Shown one piece after another: positions 8,165-18,085 of a stretch of 64,000 nt of DNA (position 1 is its first letter; each line of letters opens with the position of its first letter). The position numbers were made by a program, and so were the translations under genes. Source of the DNA: Planctomycetota bacterium (lineage in GTDB: Bacteria > Planctomycetota > UBA1135 > GCA-002686595); NCBI GenBank assembly GCA_029259595.1, contig JAJDEW010000017.1, positions 1,073 through 65,072 of the forward strand. The letters run 5' to 3'. Below the pieces are notes generated by a model. That model saw nothing but the letters and a program-made list of their open reading frames with translations, did not search any database and had not been told where the DNA came from.

Positions 8165-11077
8165 CTACGAGTCCTCGGACTTCTTCTCGCCCTTCTTGAA
8201 GAAGCTCGCGAAGGGGTTGTAGGAGCCCGCCGCCGCCTTGGCGTCACGGACCGCCGCCGCGTCGTAGCTGTCATCCTTGTCGCGGCCCTTGCGACGACCG
8301 TCGTTGCGGCCGCCACCGGGACGTCCGCCGCCCCCGCCACCACGACCGCCGGAGCGTCCCGCGGAGGCGCCGGCGAGTCCGTCGCGGCGCGTCCGGGCCG
8401 CACGCGTGACCGGCTGGAACTCCGGCCAGGCCTGCTTGCCCGCCGCCCCGGACGGACGGCCGCGCTCGCGGCGCTCGCCGCCTGAGCCCTGGGCGCCGCG
8501 CGGGCCACCGGCGGGACCGCCCGGACGCCCGGTTCTGCGGCGCGGCTCGGACGGGACCTTCTTGAGGGAGAGCTCGACGCGCTGACCTGTGGGGTCGAGG
8601 ACGCGTCCGCGCACCAGCTGACCGATCGAGAGCAGCCCGCGTGCATCGCGCACGTAGCGCTCCGAAGCCTCGCTGATGTGGATCATTCCATCGCGCGGAA
8701 TGCCGAGATCCACGAAGACCCCGAAGCTCGCAACGTTGGAGACGATGCCCTCGAGCACGCGGCCCTTCTCCAGGGTCGCGGGATCGGTGTCGGGGGGGAG
8801 GAGCTGGGGCGGGAACAGCCGCAAGCGCGGGTCCCGTCCCGGATGCGAGGCCTCGCGCAAGAGCTCGCGCCAGGTCGCCTCGTCGATCTCGAAGTCGGAG
8901 CGCCGCAGCCCCTTGGTCGCATCGCGCTGTCCGAGCATGGACTCGACGGATCCGCCTTGGGACGTCAGGACCTTGCGCGCGAGTTCGTAGAGCGTGGGAT
9001 GAATGTGCGTGCGGTCCAACGGCTCTTGCGCGCCGGCGATTCGCAGGAAGCCGATCGCGTTGGTCCAGCGCGGCTCCTCGAGCAACTCTTTCAGCTCTTC
9101 GCGTGAAGTGAAGGGCCGCTCTTCGCGGCGCGCAACGATCTTCTTGGCGAGTTCGAAGTCGAGCCCCGGAACGTAGCGCAATTGACCGAGGGATGCTTCG
9201 TTCACGTCACAGCCGACGTGCGCGACACAGGACTCGACCGTGTCGTGCAACAGGCGCCGCAAACCGGCCTTGCTGATGACCGAAGTCTCGCGGCCGAGTC
9301 CCAGGTGGCGCGAGTCGGTCTTCAGCAGCTCGGAGAGCGGGTTCTGGAAGCGACGGCCGAGGCTGACGGCCATGCGCGCCGGCACGGAGAGGTTCGGGAG
9401 CTCGGAGCGCGCGAGCTCGGAGTTCGCGTAGCTCGCGAGCCCGGCTTCGTTCACGACGTAGACCTGGGCGTCGACCCCGAGCAGATGAATCGCCTCACGG
9501 AGTCGATTGATGGCCTCGCGCGACCCCTTCCCGTGCCCCACGGCGATGGACTGCACGCCGTGATCGCCGAGCGACTTGCCCAAGATAGCCGCGATCTCCG
9601 CCGGCTTCTTGTCGGCGAGCTCGAGCTTGATCTCCTCGGAGATGACGTTGCCGCGCACGTCCAGGACAGCGATCGTCCAATCCCCTTTCGCGTTGACGTC
9701 CACCCCGGCGACGACCCGACGCACGCCCGGGGGCGCGAGCAAGATCATCCGCAGGTGCTGTGCCAAGAAGCGCAGCGCTTCGTCTTCGGCACGTTCGCGC
9801 AGCTCGGCGCGGATGTCCTCCTCGATCATCGGGAGGATGCGTTGCTCGACCGCTTGGGCGACCACCACGTCCACGACGCTGCGGACGTCGGGATGGATCC
9901 GCTTGCCGATCAGATTGCGGACCTTGGCGTGGGCCACCTTCGGATCGAACTCGATCGCCACGGCGACCAGGCGGTGCATCTGGGCCTGTCGAAGGCCGAG
10001 GAGCTTGTGCCCCTGCAGCTGCTTCAGGGTCGAGCGAATTTTCAGCAGGGACTTGTGACGTCCGAGCTTCTTCTCGTCCGCCAGGGCACGAACGGAAATC
10101 TGCCCGTGCTTCTTCGCCAGGCGTCGGACGAGCGATCGCACCTCGGGGCTGCGCCCGAGTCGGTCCGACAGGACGCGCATCGCGCCTTCGAGGGCCTGCT
10201 GATCGGAATGAACGCCACGATCGGTGTTCACGAAGGGCTGGCACAGACGCGCGAGCTCGGGCGTGAACTCGACCTTGGTGCGCAGACTCGCCGCCTCCTC
10301 GGCCTTCGGATCCTGTCCGCCTTCGGCGGAACCCTGCGCGACCGGAGTCTCGACGTCCAACTCGGGCGCGCTCGCCACGGCCGGGGCCTCGACTTCGCCG
10401 TTCGCAGCTTGCGGTGAAGCGCTCGCGTCGGAGGGTGTAGGGGCCGCTTCGCCCACGACGGCCTCGGTCGCAGGGTCCGAGGGCGCCTCGGCACTCTCGG
10501 TGATCTCGGTCGCGGTCTCGGTCGCGACCTCGGCGACGGCGACGGGACTCGCGCTCACGTCCGCCTCTTGCGCTCCGTCGGCGGGCGTCTCGGCCGCGGC
10601 CTCGGGCCCGTCGTTCGTTGTCGCCTCCTGGCTCGGTGCGCGCGCTGCCAGCAGATCGTCGACCAGCGGACCCAAGCCACGATCGAGGGCCAGCTGCACC
10701 TCCGGCTCGGGCTTTCTGTGCGGGAGGAAGAGGTCCTCGAGCTCGCGCGGATCCATGCACGTGAAGACTCGCCTGAACTCGGTGTCCTTCTCGAGTTCCG
10801 CGCGCTTGGCGGCGAGCTCCTCTTCAGAGAGCTCCTTGGCGCCGAGCAGGGTCTTGATGAGCGATTCGCGCCGTCGGCCGAGCTCTTCCAGCTGACGACG
10901 GCGGCGGTCGAAGCGCCGCAGGAGACCTTCGGTCAAGGCCCCCGTCTCCGCGCGCCGATAGCGCGCGAGGTACGGTGCTTTCAAGCCGGCACGGAAGGCT
11001 TCCGACACCGTTTGGGCCTCGGCTTCCTGAATCGAGAACTCTTTCGCAAGCGTCGCGACGATCGCTGCAACTGTCAC
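8165..11077 (-). CDS. tex: Tex-like transcription accessory protein (HTH + YqgF/RuvC-like + HhH + S1 domains) with an acidic insertion and a C-terminal RG-rich tail.
   Basis: N-terminal Tex HTH region (APYLARYRRAETGALTEGLLRRF), YqgF-like segment (VVAGVDVNAKGDWTIAVLDVRGNV), S1 domain (GIVSNVASFGVFVDLGIPRDGMIHISE...VELSLKKV). Length 970 aa. Confidence 0.8.
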   Translation of the reverse strand: MTVAAIVATLAKEFSIQEAEAQTVSEAFRAGLKAPYLARYRRAETGALTEGLLRRFDRRRRQLEELGRRRESLIKTLLGAKELSEEELAAKRAELEKDTEFRRVFTCMDPRELEDLFLPHRKPEPEVQLALDRGLGPLVDDLLAARAPSQEATTNDGPEAAAETPADGAQEADVSASPVAVAEVATETATEITESAEAPSDPATEAVVGEAAPTPSDASASPQAANGEVEAPAVASAPELDVETPVAQGSAEGGQDPKAEEAASLRTKVEFTPELARLCQPFVNTDRGVHSDQQALEGAMRVLSDRLGRSPEVRSLVRRLAKKHGQISVRALADEKKLGRHKSLLKIRSTLKQLQGHKLLGLRQAQMHRLVAVAIEFDPKVAHAKVRNLIGKRIHPDVRSVVDVVVAQAVEQRILPMIEEDIRAELRERAEDEALRFLAQHLRMILLAPPGVRRVVAGVDVNAKGDWTIAVLDVRGNVISEEIKLELADKKPAEIAAILGKSLGDHGVQSIAVGHGKGSREAINRLREAIHLLGVDAQVYVVNEAGLASYANSELARSELPNLSVPARMAVSLGRRFQNPLSELLKTDSRHLGLGRETSVISKAGLRRLLHDTVESCVAHVGCDVNEASLGQLRYVPGLDFELAKKIVARREERPFTSREELKELLEEPRWTNAIGFLRIAGAQEPLDRTHIHPTLYELARKVLTSQGGSVESMLGQRDATKGLRRSDFEIDEATWRELLREASHPGRDPRLRLFPPQLLPPDTDPATLEKGRVLEGIVSNVASFGVFVDLGIPRDGMIHISEASERYVRDARGLLSIGQLVRGRVLDPTGQRVELSLKKVPSEPRRRTGRPGGPAGGPRGAQGSGGERRERGRPSGAAGKQAWPEFQPVTRAARTRRDGLAGASAGRSGGRGGGGGGRPGGGRNDGRRKGRDKDDSYDAAAVRDAKAAAGSYNPFASFFKKGEKKSEDS

Positions 11078-11210
11078 GGGAACCCCCTCGGGACGAGCGG
11101 AGTGGTAGCGGGGACGGCCGTTCGACGGGCCCCGGGATGCTGTGGCGAAACATGATACCGCTGGTCGCGGATCCGGGGAGACTCGTTCGCCCGAACCTCA
11201 CCCGAGGAAT

Positions 11211-11777
11211 TCAGATTCCTACGACCTCGACGAGCGCCTTGCCAAAACGGAAGCCCGCGGCATCGTCCAGGGCGGTCACGATCTTGCGGTCGCGCTGCAC
11301 CTGCCCGCCCAGGAACTTCGCGCCGGAGGCCTCGAGGAGCGCGCGGACGGACGGATCGCCCGTCACCTTGCGCTTCTTGACGACCCCGGCCTTGCCGAGC
11401 ACGGCCACGGCCGTACCCCAGGCCGCGATCAGCTTGTCGTCCGCCGCCGCCTCGCGGGCGAGGCGCAGCGCATTCGGGTCGTCGGCCAGCTCGAGCGCAC
11501 CGACACCCCCGCAGAAGATGACGCCCGAGTACGGCTCCATGTCGGCTTCGGCCAGGGGGCCGTCGACCTGGAACTCGTCCTGGAGCTCGCCGACGATCAG
11601 GTCCGCGTCGTTGTTCGCGACCGAAATGGTGTGCACGTGAACGTTGTAGAGCGCGGAACGCGCATAGCGCAGCGTGGTCTCTGCATAGCCCTGCGAAGGC
11701 AGGACGACGAGCACGGTCGACAGGTGCTTGTGGATGACGAGTCCGTGCTCGTCCAGTTCTTCTTCCTGGTTCGACAT
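11211..11777 (-). CDS. DJ-1/PfpI family protein (class I glutamine amidotransferase-like fold).
   Basis: ORF track gives 11211..11858. The likely start is the internal ATG (MSNQEEELDEHGLV...). A DJ-1-like core is present (VVLPSQGYAETTL...IFCGGVGALELADDP...AAWGTAVAVLGKAG). Confidence 0.6.
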   Translation of the reverse strand: MSNQEEELDEHGLVIHKHLSTVLVVLPSQGYAETTLRYARSALYNVHVHTISVANNDADLIVGELQDEFQVDGPLAEADMEPYSGVIFCGGVGALELADDPNALRLAREAAADDKLIAAWGTAVAVLGKAGVVKKRKVTGDPSVRALLEASGAKFLGGQVQRDRKIVTALDDAAGFRFGKALVEVVGI

Positions 11778-11802
11778 GCGGCGAATTTCCGGGCAGGAGG
11801 AA

Positions 11803-12786
11803 TCAGGCGGGCAACTCGAAAACGGTGGCGCGGGTCTCTTCGGCCAAGAGCCCGGCACCCTGGGACACGTGCCAGGCGATACGCTCGTCGAGGCCGGGCA
11901 TCGTGAGATCCCCTAGCGAGCGACCGGTCAGCCCGTCACGAACCTCGAGCAGGGCGCCGCGAGCGATGTACAGCTTGCCCGAATCGAGCGAGATGGAAAC
12001 GTCGGGCAGCTCGTCGTGGGACTCGTTCGCGACCTCCTCGCGCCAGAGCGGACCGCCGGCGACCCTTTCCCGCGAGGAGTAGGCGACGAGTGTGAGCTTC
12101 TCCGCCGCCCCCGGGCGTCGGTAGGCCCCGGGCGCGCGGTTGCCGATGAGCAGGATCACGAGCCCCGTATCCACCACCATGTTGTGGATGACCGGGAACT
12201 CGGGCTCGAGGAAGGCGTTCTCGAAGTCTCCGCTGTCCACGTCGAGGCGCACGACGCCCTGACGCTTCAGGTTCGGATTCGTGTAGACGACGAAGACGTG
12301 CGAGTCCTCGCGGCCGAGGATGTGATAGCGCTCGCCGTCGCGGGCGTAGGACCACACCTCGATCATGGGCGAGGTCATGATCCCGGCGACGCGCCCCGGC
12401 GTCACGGTGACGCTCATGTCGCCGCGAACGATGGCCTGGTCGAAGGGCTCGATCTCGCGGGCCCCGATCAGCTCGCCACTGGAGAGCTTCATGCGGGCGA
12501 TGCGATGCCCCTTGAGGCTCGGGCCGAGCACGACGACGTCGTCTTCCGAGCCCAGTCCACTCCCGAAGCCGCGCCCGTAGCCGACCTCACACGGCGAGAT
12601 CCAAGCGACTTCGCCCGTGTTGCGGTCCAGGGCGGCGAGCTTGCCCGGGATCACGTTGTCGATCCACTTCCCACCGGCCGGCGGGTCGTAGCCGTGCAGG
12701 AAGACCGGTCCCGTCGATCCGAGAGCAATCCCGTCGATCTCTCCCTTGAAGTCGGTCACCCAACGTCTTCGAGCGGTGCGCGTCAT
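11803..12786 (-). CDS. PQQ-like beta-propeller repeat protein, hypothetical.
   Basis: ORF track gives 11803..12822. Plausible start is ATG 12786 (MTRTARRRWVTDFKG). PQQ-repeat-like motifs are present (AALDRNTGEVAW, repeated beta-strand/Gly patterns). Confidence 0.5.
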   Translation of the reverse strand: MTRTARRRWVTDFKGEIDGIALGSTGPVFLHGYDPPAGGKWIDNVIPGKLAALDRNTGEVAWISPCEVGYGRGFGSGLGSEDDVVVLGPSLKGHRIARMKLSSGELIGAREIEPFDQAIVRGDMSVTVTPGRVAGIMTSPMIEVWSYARDGERYHILGREDSHVFVVYTNPNLKRQGVVRLDVDSGDFENAFLEPEFPVIHNMVVDTGLVILLIGNRAPGAYRRPGAAEKLTLVAYSSRERVAGGPLWREEVANESHDELPDVSISLDSGKLYIARGALLEVRDGLTGRSLGDLTMPGLDERIAWHVSQGAGLLAEETRATVFELPA

Positions 12787-12843
12787 GGCCGAAATCCTAC
12801 CCGCACGGGGGAGGTGATCCAACGGAGACAGGGGGGTGGAGGG

Positions 12844-13010
12844 CTAGTGGGGTGACGAACGAGCGCTTCGGATGCCGGGGCGTCCGCAGCCGCTGGAGTG
12901 GAGCATCTGAAAACGCAGGCGAATCCGTGGATTCTGCGAGGCTTCCAGGTGGCGCACTCCTGCGGGGGATGTCGTCATGGCGCCCAATGACCGGGTCAAG
13001 GGGCTCCTAG
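12844..13010. repeat. Copy A (most diverged) of a novel ~165-bp CTAG-flanked repeat element with partially complementary ends.
   Basis: Shares the motifs GCTTCGGATGC, GAAAACGCAGGCGAATCC and GCGAGGCT and a GGGCTCCTAG 3' end with the copies at 17743, 24427 and 24590. Its terminal CTAG (13007-13010) contains the EF-G stop codon. Confidence 0.8.
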
Positions 13011-15106
13011 GAATCCTCGCCGAGGACCTTCTCGGCGATGTTGCGCGGGACGGCGCGGTACTCCTGGAGCTCCATGGAGTACGAGCCACGCCCTTGAGTC
13101 GCACCCCGGAGGGCCGAGGAGTACGCGAACATCTCGGCGATCGGGACGAGACCGCGAACGATGCGCTGATCGCCCAAGGCCTCGACCTCGCTGACTTCGC
13201 CGCGGCGCGAGTTGAGATCGCCGACGACGCCACCCAGGTATTCCTCGGGCACGCGCACCTCGATCTTCATGATCGGTTCGAGCAGCGTCGAGTTGCCCTG
13301 GATGACTTCGCGGAAGGCCTGGACGCCGGCTGCATGGAAGGCGTGCTCGTTCGAGTCGACGTCGTGCGCCTTGCCGTCGAACAGGCTGGCTCTGACGTTC
13401 ACGAAGGGATAGCCGAGACGGCCCCCGCCCAAGACGCCTTCCTTGATGCCCGCGGAGACCGCAGGGATGTACTCGCGCGGGACGGAACCACCCTTGATCT
13501 CGGAGACGAACTCGAACTGTTCTTCGCCCGTGTCCACGATGTCGAAACGCACGCTGATGACGGCGTACTGACCGCGACCGCCGGACTGGCGCACGTAGCG
13601 GATCTCGAGCGACTTCGAATTCGAAAGCTCCTGCTTGTAGGCGACCTTCGGCCGCCCGGTGACGACTTCGCAGCCGTACTCGTTCTTGATCCGGTTGACG
13701 ACCACCTCGAGGTGGAGCTCGCCCATGCCCGAGATCACGAGGTCGCCCGTCTCCTCGTTCGTCACGGCGCGGAAGGTCGGATCCTCGCGCATCATGCGAC
13801 CGATGACCTCGGTCAACTTGTCGCGGTCCTGGTTCTTCGCCGGCTCGATCGACATGGCGATGACGGCCTCGGGGAAGGTGATTTTCGAGAGCGCGATCGG
13901 CGCGTTCTCGTCACACAGCGTGTCACCCGTGATCGTGTTCTTGAGCCCCATGACGGCGGCGATCTCTCCGGCCCCGACGGAATCGCAGGCCTCGCGCTTG
14001 TTCGCGTGCATGCGAACAATGCGGCCGATGCGCTCGTTCTTGCCGGTCCGCGGGTTCAGGACTCGGACGCCCTTCGAAAGGACCCCGGAGTAGACCCGCA
14101 CGAAGGTGAGGTCACCGGTGGACTCCGCAACGGTCTTGAAGGCCATCAGGCACATCGGCTCGTCGTTCGACGGCTTGCGCGTCTCGACGGTGTCCTCGCG
14201 CGGACGCAGGCCCTGGACGGGCGGGATGTCGAGCGGGCTCGGCAAGTAGTCGAGCACGGCGTCGAGCAGGAAGCGCACGCCCTTGTCCTTCAGGGCCGAG
14301 CCGCAGAGGACAGGCGTGATCTCCATCGAGAGCGTTCCGAGTCGGATCGCGCGCTTGAGCAGGTCCAGCGGAATCTTCTGGTCCTCGACGAAGAGATCCA
14401 GGAGCTCCTCGTCGAACTCGGCGGCGGTTTCCACCAACTCGTGCCGACGCAACTCGACCTCTTCGAGCATGTCCGCGGGAATGTCCTTCTCGGACGCCGC
14501 CTTGCCGTCCGAAGCCTCATCGAACTCGTAGAAGCGCTGGTTCACGAGGTCGATGAAGCCGCGGAAGTCCTTCTCCTCGCCGACGGGCAGCTGCAGCGTG
14601 ATCGGACGCGCACTCAAGCGATCGACGATCGACTGGATGGCCTTGAAGTAGTCCGCGCCCGCCCGGTCCATCTTGTTGATGAAGCAGATCCGCGGAACTC
14701 CATAGCGGTTCGCCTGGCGCCAGACCGTCTCGGACTGGGCCTCGACCCCGCTGACGGCGTCGAACACGGCGACCGCGCCATCGAGCACCCGCAACGAACG
14801 CTCGACCTCGGCGGTGAAGTCCACGTGGCCGGGCGTGTCGATGATGTTGATCGTGTGATCCTTCCACTCGACCGTCGTGGCCGCCGATTGGATCGTGATG
14901 CCGCGCTCACGCTCCTCCTCGAGGAAGTCCATCGTGGCACTGCCCTCGTGCACCTCACCGGTCCGGTGGATCTTGCTCGAGAGGAACAAGATCCGCTCCG
15001 TAACGGTGGTCTTGCCGGCATCGATGTGGGCCATGATGCCGATGTTGCGGTGCTTGACGAGGTTTTGCTGGCCCATCGCTTGCTGGGATTCGACTGCCGT
15101 GGACAT
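13007..15106 (-). CDS. fusA: Elongation factor G. It stands alone, outside any rpsL-rpsG-tuf context, so it is probably an EF-G2-type paralogue.
   Basis: MSTAVESQQ...[29 protein letters not shown], and full five-domain EF-G length (699 aa). Confidence 0.92.
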   Translation of the reverse strand: MSTAVESQQAMGQQNLVKHRNIGIMAHIDAGKTTVTERILFLSSKIHRTGEVHEGSATMDFLEEERERGITIQSAATTVEWKDHTINIIDTPGHVDFTAEVERSLRVLDGAVAVFDAVSGVEAQSETVWRQANRYGVPRICFINKMDRAGADYFKAIQSIVDRLSARPITLQLPVGEEKDFRGFIDLVNQRFYEFDEASDGKAASEKDIPADMLEEVELRRHELVETAAEFDEELLDLFVEDQKIPLDLLKRAIRLGTLSMEITPVLCGSALKDKGVRFLLDAVLDYLPSPLDIPPVQGLRPREDTVETRKPSNDEPMCLMAFKTVAESTGDLTFVRVYSGVLSKGVRVLNPRTGKNERIGRIVRMHANKREACDSVGAGEIAAVMGLKNTITGDTLCDENAPIALSKITFPEAVIAMSIEPAKNQDRDKLTEVIGRMMREDPTFRAVTNEETGDLVISGMGELHLEVVVNRIKNEYGCEVVTGRPKVAYKQELSNSKSLEIRYVRQSGGRGQYAVISVRFDIVDTGEEQFEFVSEIKGGSVPREYIPAVSAGIKEGVLGGGRLGYPFVNVRASLFDGKAHDVDSNEHAFHAAGVQAFREVIQGNSTLLEPIMKIEVRVPEEYLGGVVGDLNSRRGEVSEVEALGDQRIVRGLVPIAEMFAYSSALRGATQGRGSYSMELQEYRAVPRNIAEKVLGEDS

Positions 15107-15255
15107 GATTCGAGCGCGAACGACGCGCGTTGTGGACTTCCACCGTGGGGAAGCGTTGCGAACCCGTGCGGGCCGCGGGGAACCGAAAGGGAGGGCGTCG
15201 AACCCTGCTCGATCGGAATTTGAAGCGAACTAGACTAGCGCGGCTTCGTTGCCTG

Positions 15256-16116
15256 TCAACGGCCGCTGGCGACTCGTTGTCCGCCGAGCGGGATCCCGAG
15301 CTCCACCTCTCGGCCAGCAGCCACGAAGTCCTGGAAGCGCAGGGGAATGCCCTCTCCGTGGGCATCTTGCAAATACAGCATCAGGCCGGACCACCCGGAC
15401 GAGCCCTCAGCGGAGGCCGGGAGCACGCCCAGGACTTCGGCGACCTCGACCCGGTCGCCGAGCGCGAGACCGGCGACCGGGTCGCAGCCCGCCAGCACGA
15501 GCAAGCGTCCGGGAGCGAGCTCCAGCACGATGCGCCGGGGTTGTCCGGGTGCCAGGTGCGCGTCGGTCGCTCTTGGTCCGTCCCCGAGCGCCACGATCCG
15601 GCCCGCGGCCGGGGCCAGGACCGTGGGCAGCGGGCGGCCGCCGGCGTGCTCCGGCTCCTCGACGAGCGGATCGAACAGGAAACCGAAGCAGCGATCCGGC
15701 ACCAGCACGAGCCCGTTGCGCCGCCGATCGGTCCCCCCGAAACGACACATCCAGGTGCCCTCGAAGGGCAGCTGGAAGCGGATCGTGCTCGGTCGTCCGG
15801 CATAGGACGAGGGATAGGACAGGGGAAACGACGCGAGCCAGAGGCCGGCGCCGGCGACCAGGAAGGCCGCGAGTCGTCCGGGCTGCAGCACGGGGCGGTG
15901 CAAGGCGGACCAGACCAACGCCAGGGTCAGCGCCAGGGCCGCGGCCAGCCCCGCGAGGACAGGGCCGTACAGGTAGGCCAGCACCGGACCGCGGCCGCCG
16001 GGACGCGAGCCCAGGTAGACGTAGAGCCCGAGCGTCGCGAGACCGAGAGCGTGCACGAACAGGGGCCAACGCTCGCGCCGCTCGGCGGGCGTCGAACCGG
16101 GCGCAGGCGCGGTCAC
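15256..16116 (-). CDS. Hypothetical integral membrane protein (about 3 TM helices plus a C-terminal soluble domain), translationally coupled to HMG-CoA reductase.
   Basis: A GTG start overlaps the hmgr TGA stop (GTGA). Hydrophobic N-terminus (LFVHALGLATLGLYVYLGS, LAGLAAALALTLALVWSAL, LAAFLVAGAGLWLASF). The ORF track's 623-aa version is a run-on through hmgr in another frame. Confidence 0.5.
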   Translation of the reverse strand: MTAPAPGSTPAERRERWPLFVHALGLATLGLYVYLGSRPGGRGPVLAYLYGPVLAGLAAALALTLALVWSALHRPVLQPGRLAAFLVAGAGLWLASFPLSYPSSYAGRPSTIRFQLPFEGTWMCRFGGTDRRRNGLVLVPDRCFGFLFDPLVEEPEHAGGRPLPTVLAPAAGRIVALGDGPRATDAHLAPGQPRRIVLELAPGRLLVLAGCDPVAGLALGDRVEVAEVLGVLPASAEGSSGWSGLMLYLQDAHGEGIPLRFQDFVAAGREVELGIPLGGQRVASGR

Positions 16117-17390
16117 GGCCGCGGCACCTGCGGCCGGTTGCGCCCCAGCCGTTCGTGGGCCTCGACGAAGTCGTGCGTGCAGAACGAGGCGAGCAGGGAC
16201 AGGTCGCCGGCGAGAACCGTGGCCGCGAGGATCTCGGCCAATTCGTCCGCTCCCCCCGCCTTGCGCACCCCGAGCAGATCGAGGCACTCGGCCGCCGTCC
16301 CTTGCCCGCTGCCCCCACCGACCGTGCCGACGAGCAGGGACGGCAGGTGCGCGCTGGCGTGCAGATCGCCATCGGGCAGACACTCGAAGTCGAGAAAGCC
16401 CGTGGCGCTCTCGGTGACATAGGCGACGTCCTGACCACAGGCCAGATAGACCGCCGCCAGCCCGTTGGCCGCCTGGACGAGCCCGTTCGTGGTTCCGAGC
16501 CGCGCGAACCCGACCGCATAGGAGCGCTGGATCCGGACGAGATCCTCGGGGGTGACGCGCAGGATCTCGCGCAGGACCGCGGCCGGAATCCGAACCTCGG
16601 CGACGGTATCCCGACCGCGACCACGCGCGAGCGCCACCGCGTTGGCCCGCTTCTCGACGTCTTCGCCATGGACGTAGTAGCGCTCGGCACCGGTCCGCTG
16701 GGCGAGCTCGTGCGCGATCGCGTCCGTCGCGCGCGCCGCCATGTTGATGCCGATCGCGTCCCCGGTCGCAAACGTGAGCTCGCAGACCACACGCCGACCG
16801 ACGAGGCGGGGTTCGAGCGCGAGCAGGCGACCGTGCTTCGTCAGCCCGGCGACGATCGTGGCGCAGGCCTCGAAGCTGGCCGGGATGGCGTCCCGCGCAG
16901 CGAGCGCGGACCGCGCGTCCGCAAAGAGCAGCATCGGGTGTTGCGTCAAGCCGTGTCCGACGACCCGGGCCCAGGCGCCACCCGCCGCCCGCAGGAGCTT
17001 CATCCCCCGGGCGTAGGCCGCGACCATGGCGCCCTCGGTCGTCGCGAAGGGCACGAAGACCGAGCGCTCGCCGCCCGACGTCTCGACCTCCAAGGGACCG
17101 GCGACCCCCACGGGGACCTGGGCCCACCCCACGAAGTTCTCGACCTTACCGTGGGCCTCGAGCGCGGGCACCGGCGCACCCGCGAGCCGAGGCAAGGGAC
17201 GACCGGCGGCCGTTTCGCAGGCGGCCAGGCGCGCGCGGACGAACTCGGGCTCGAAGTCCCGGGCACCGTCGGCGCGCGGCAAGGGAGGCAGGTCCGAGCG
17301 CGCGTTCTTCACGCCAGGAGCATACGCGGCGCACCCGGCGCGGCCGGAATACGAAAAGGGGGCCGGAGTGGACAAGGACTCCGGCCCCAA
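16113..17390 (-). CDS. hmgA: Hydroxymethylglutaryl-CoA reductase, class I catalytic domain (mevalonate pathway).
   Basis: Class I HMGR motifs ENFVGWAQVPVGVAGPL, VPFATTEGAMVA, DAIGINMA and GTVGGGS. Length 425 aa. Confidence 0.85.
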   Translation of the reverse strand: MGPESLSTPAPFSYSGRAGCAAYAPGVKNARSDLPPLPRADGARDFEPEFVRARLAACETAAGRPLPRLAGAPVPALEAHGKVENFVGWAQVPVGVAGPLEVETSGGERSVFVPFATTEGAMVAAYARGMKLLRAAGGAWARVVGHGLTQHPMLLFADARSALAARDAIPASFEACATIVAGLTKHGRLLALEPRLVGRRVVCELTFATGDAIGINMAARATDAIAHELAQRTGAERYYVHGEDVEKRANAVALARGRGRDTVAEVRIPAAVLREILRVTPEDLVRIQRSYAVGFARLGTTNGLVQAANGLAAVYLACGQDVAYVTESATGFLDFECLPDGDLHASAHLPSLLVGTVGGGSGQGTAAECLDLLGVRKAGGADELAEILAATVLAGDLSLLASFCTHDFVEAHERLGRNRPQVPRP

Positions 17391-17742
17391 CAGTTCGCTT
17401 CAGTGCCATCCCTAGAAAGGCCGTCTCGAAGCACAGGCGCCCATCGTTCTCGTCTCGTGGTTTCCAAGGAGGAGGGGAGGATTGGAAACCTCGATGGGGC
17501 GCCGGAAGACTGTCACGAACTGCTTCGAAACTCATGGACCAGCTCATGAGCGCCTTCAAGCGACCATTCTGAGGCGATTCCGCGGAAAGCCATGCTGTCG
17601 ACAGGAAGCGCTCTGGAGCGCGTCCGGCTCCGACCGATGCGGATCCCAGGATGAGGCCCGGGTGAGGTCGGCCGGCGAGTGATCCTTCCGAAAGGGCGCG
17701 GGAGCCCGTCCGACCCGCGGGTTGGCGCGCAGCCATCCCCAA

Positions 17743-17905
17743 GAGCCCGTTGAAGAAGTGCTTCGGATGCCTGGGCGGCAGCATCCGCTTCGATGAGGTG
17801 CCTGGAAACGCAGGCGAATCCATGGATGCGGCGAGGCTTGCAGGTGTCTCACCGAAGTGGAGGACGTCGCCCTGGCGCCGGATGACTTTTTCAACGGGCT
17901 CCTAG
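17743..17905. repeat. Copy B of the novel ~165-bp repeat element, in the divergent promoter region between hmgr and the deaminase gene.
   Basis: 5' end GAGCCCGTTGAAGAAGTGCTTCGG pairs with 3' end CTTTTTCAACGGGCTCCTAG. It carries the shared core motifs. Internal hairpin CGGATGC...GCATCCG. Confidence 0.8.
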
Positions 17906-18085
17906 CCGCGACCCTTCGGGGCAGCGCCGGCCACACGCCGCCTCGCGACACGCTCCGAACACCGGGGTCCTCGACCCCCCGGCCAAAGTCGCCTGCGGGG
18001 CCGAGGTCCATGAAGATTCACCTGACCGCGAGTTGGATCGAACGGTTCCACGCTCTTGGGACGGATGCGCGCTAGCCTCTGCGCC

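Noticed and set aside
17482-17682. 66-codon ORF with an upstream GGAGG in the hmgr leader.
   Set aside because: Its third-position GC is low and mixed, unlike real genes here, and it has no homology. It is more likely non-coding leader sequence.
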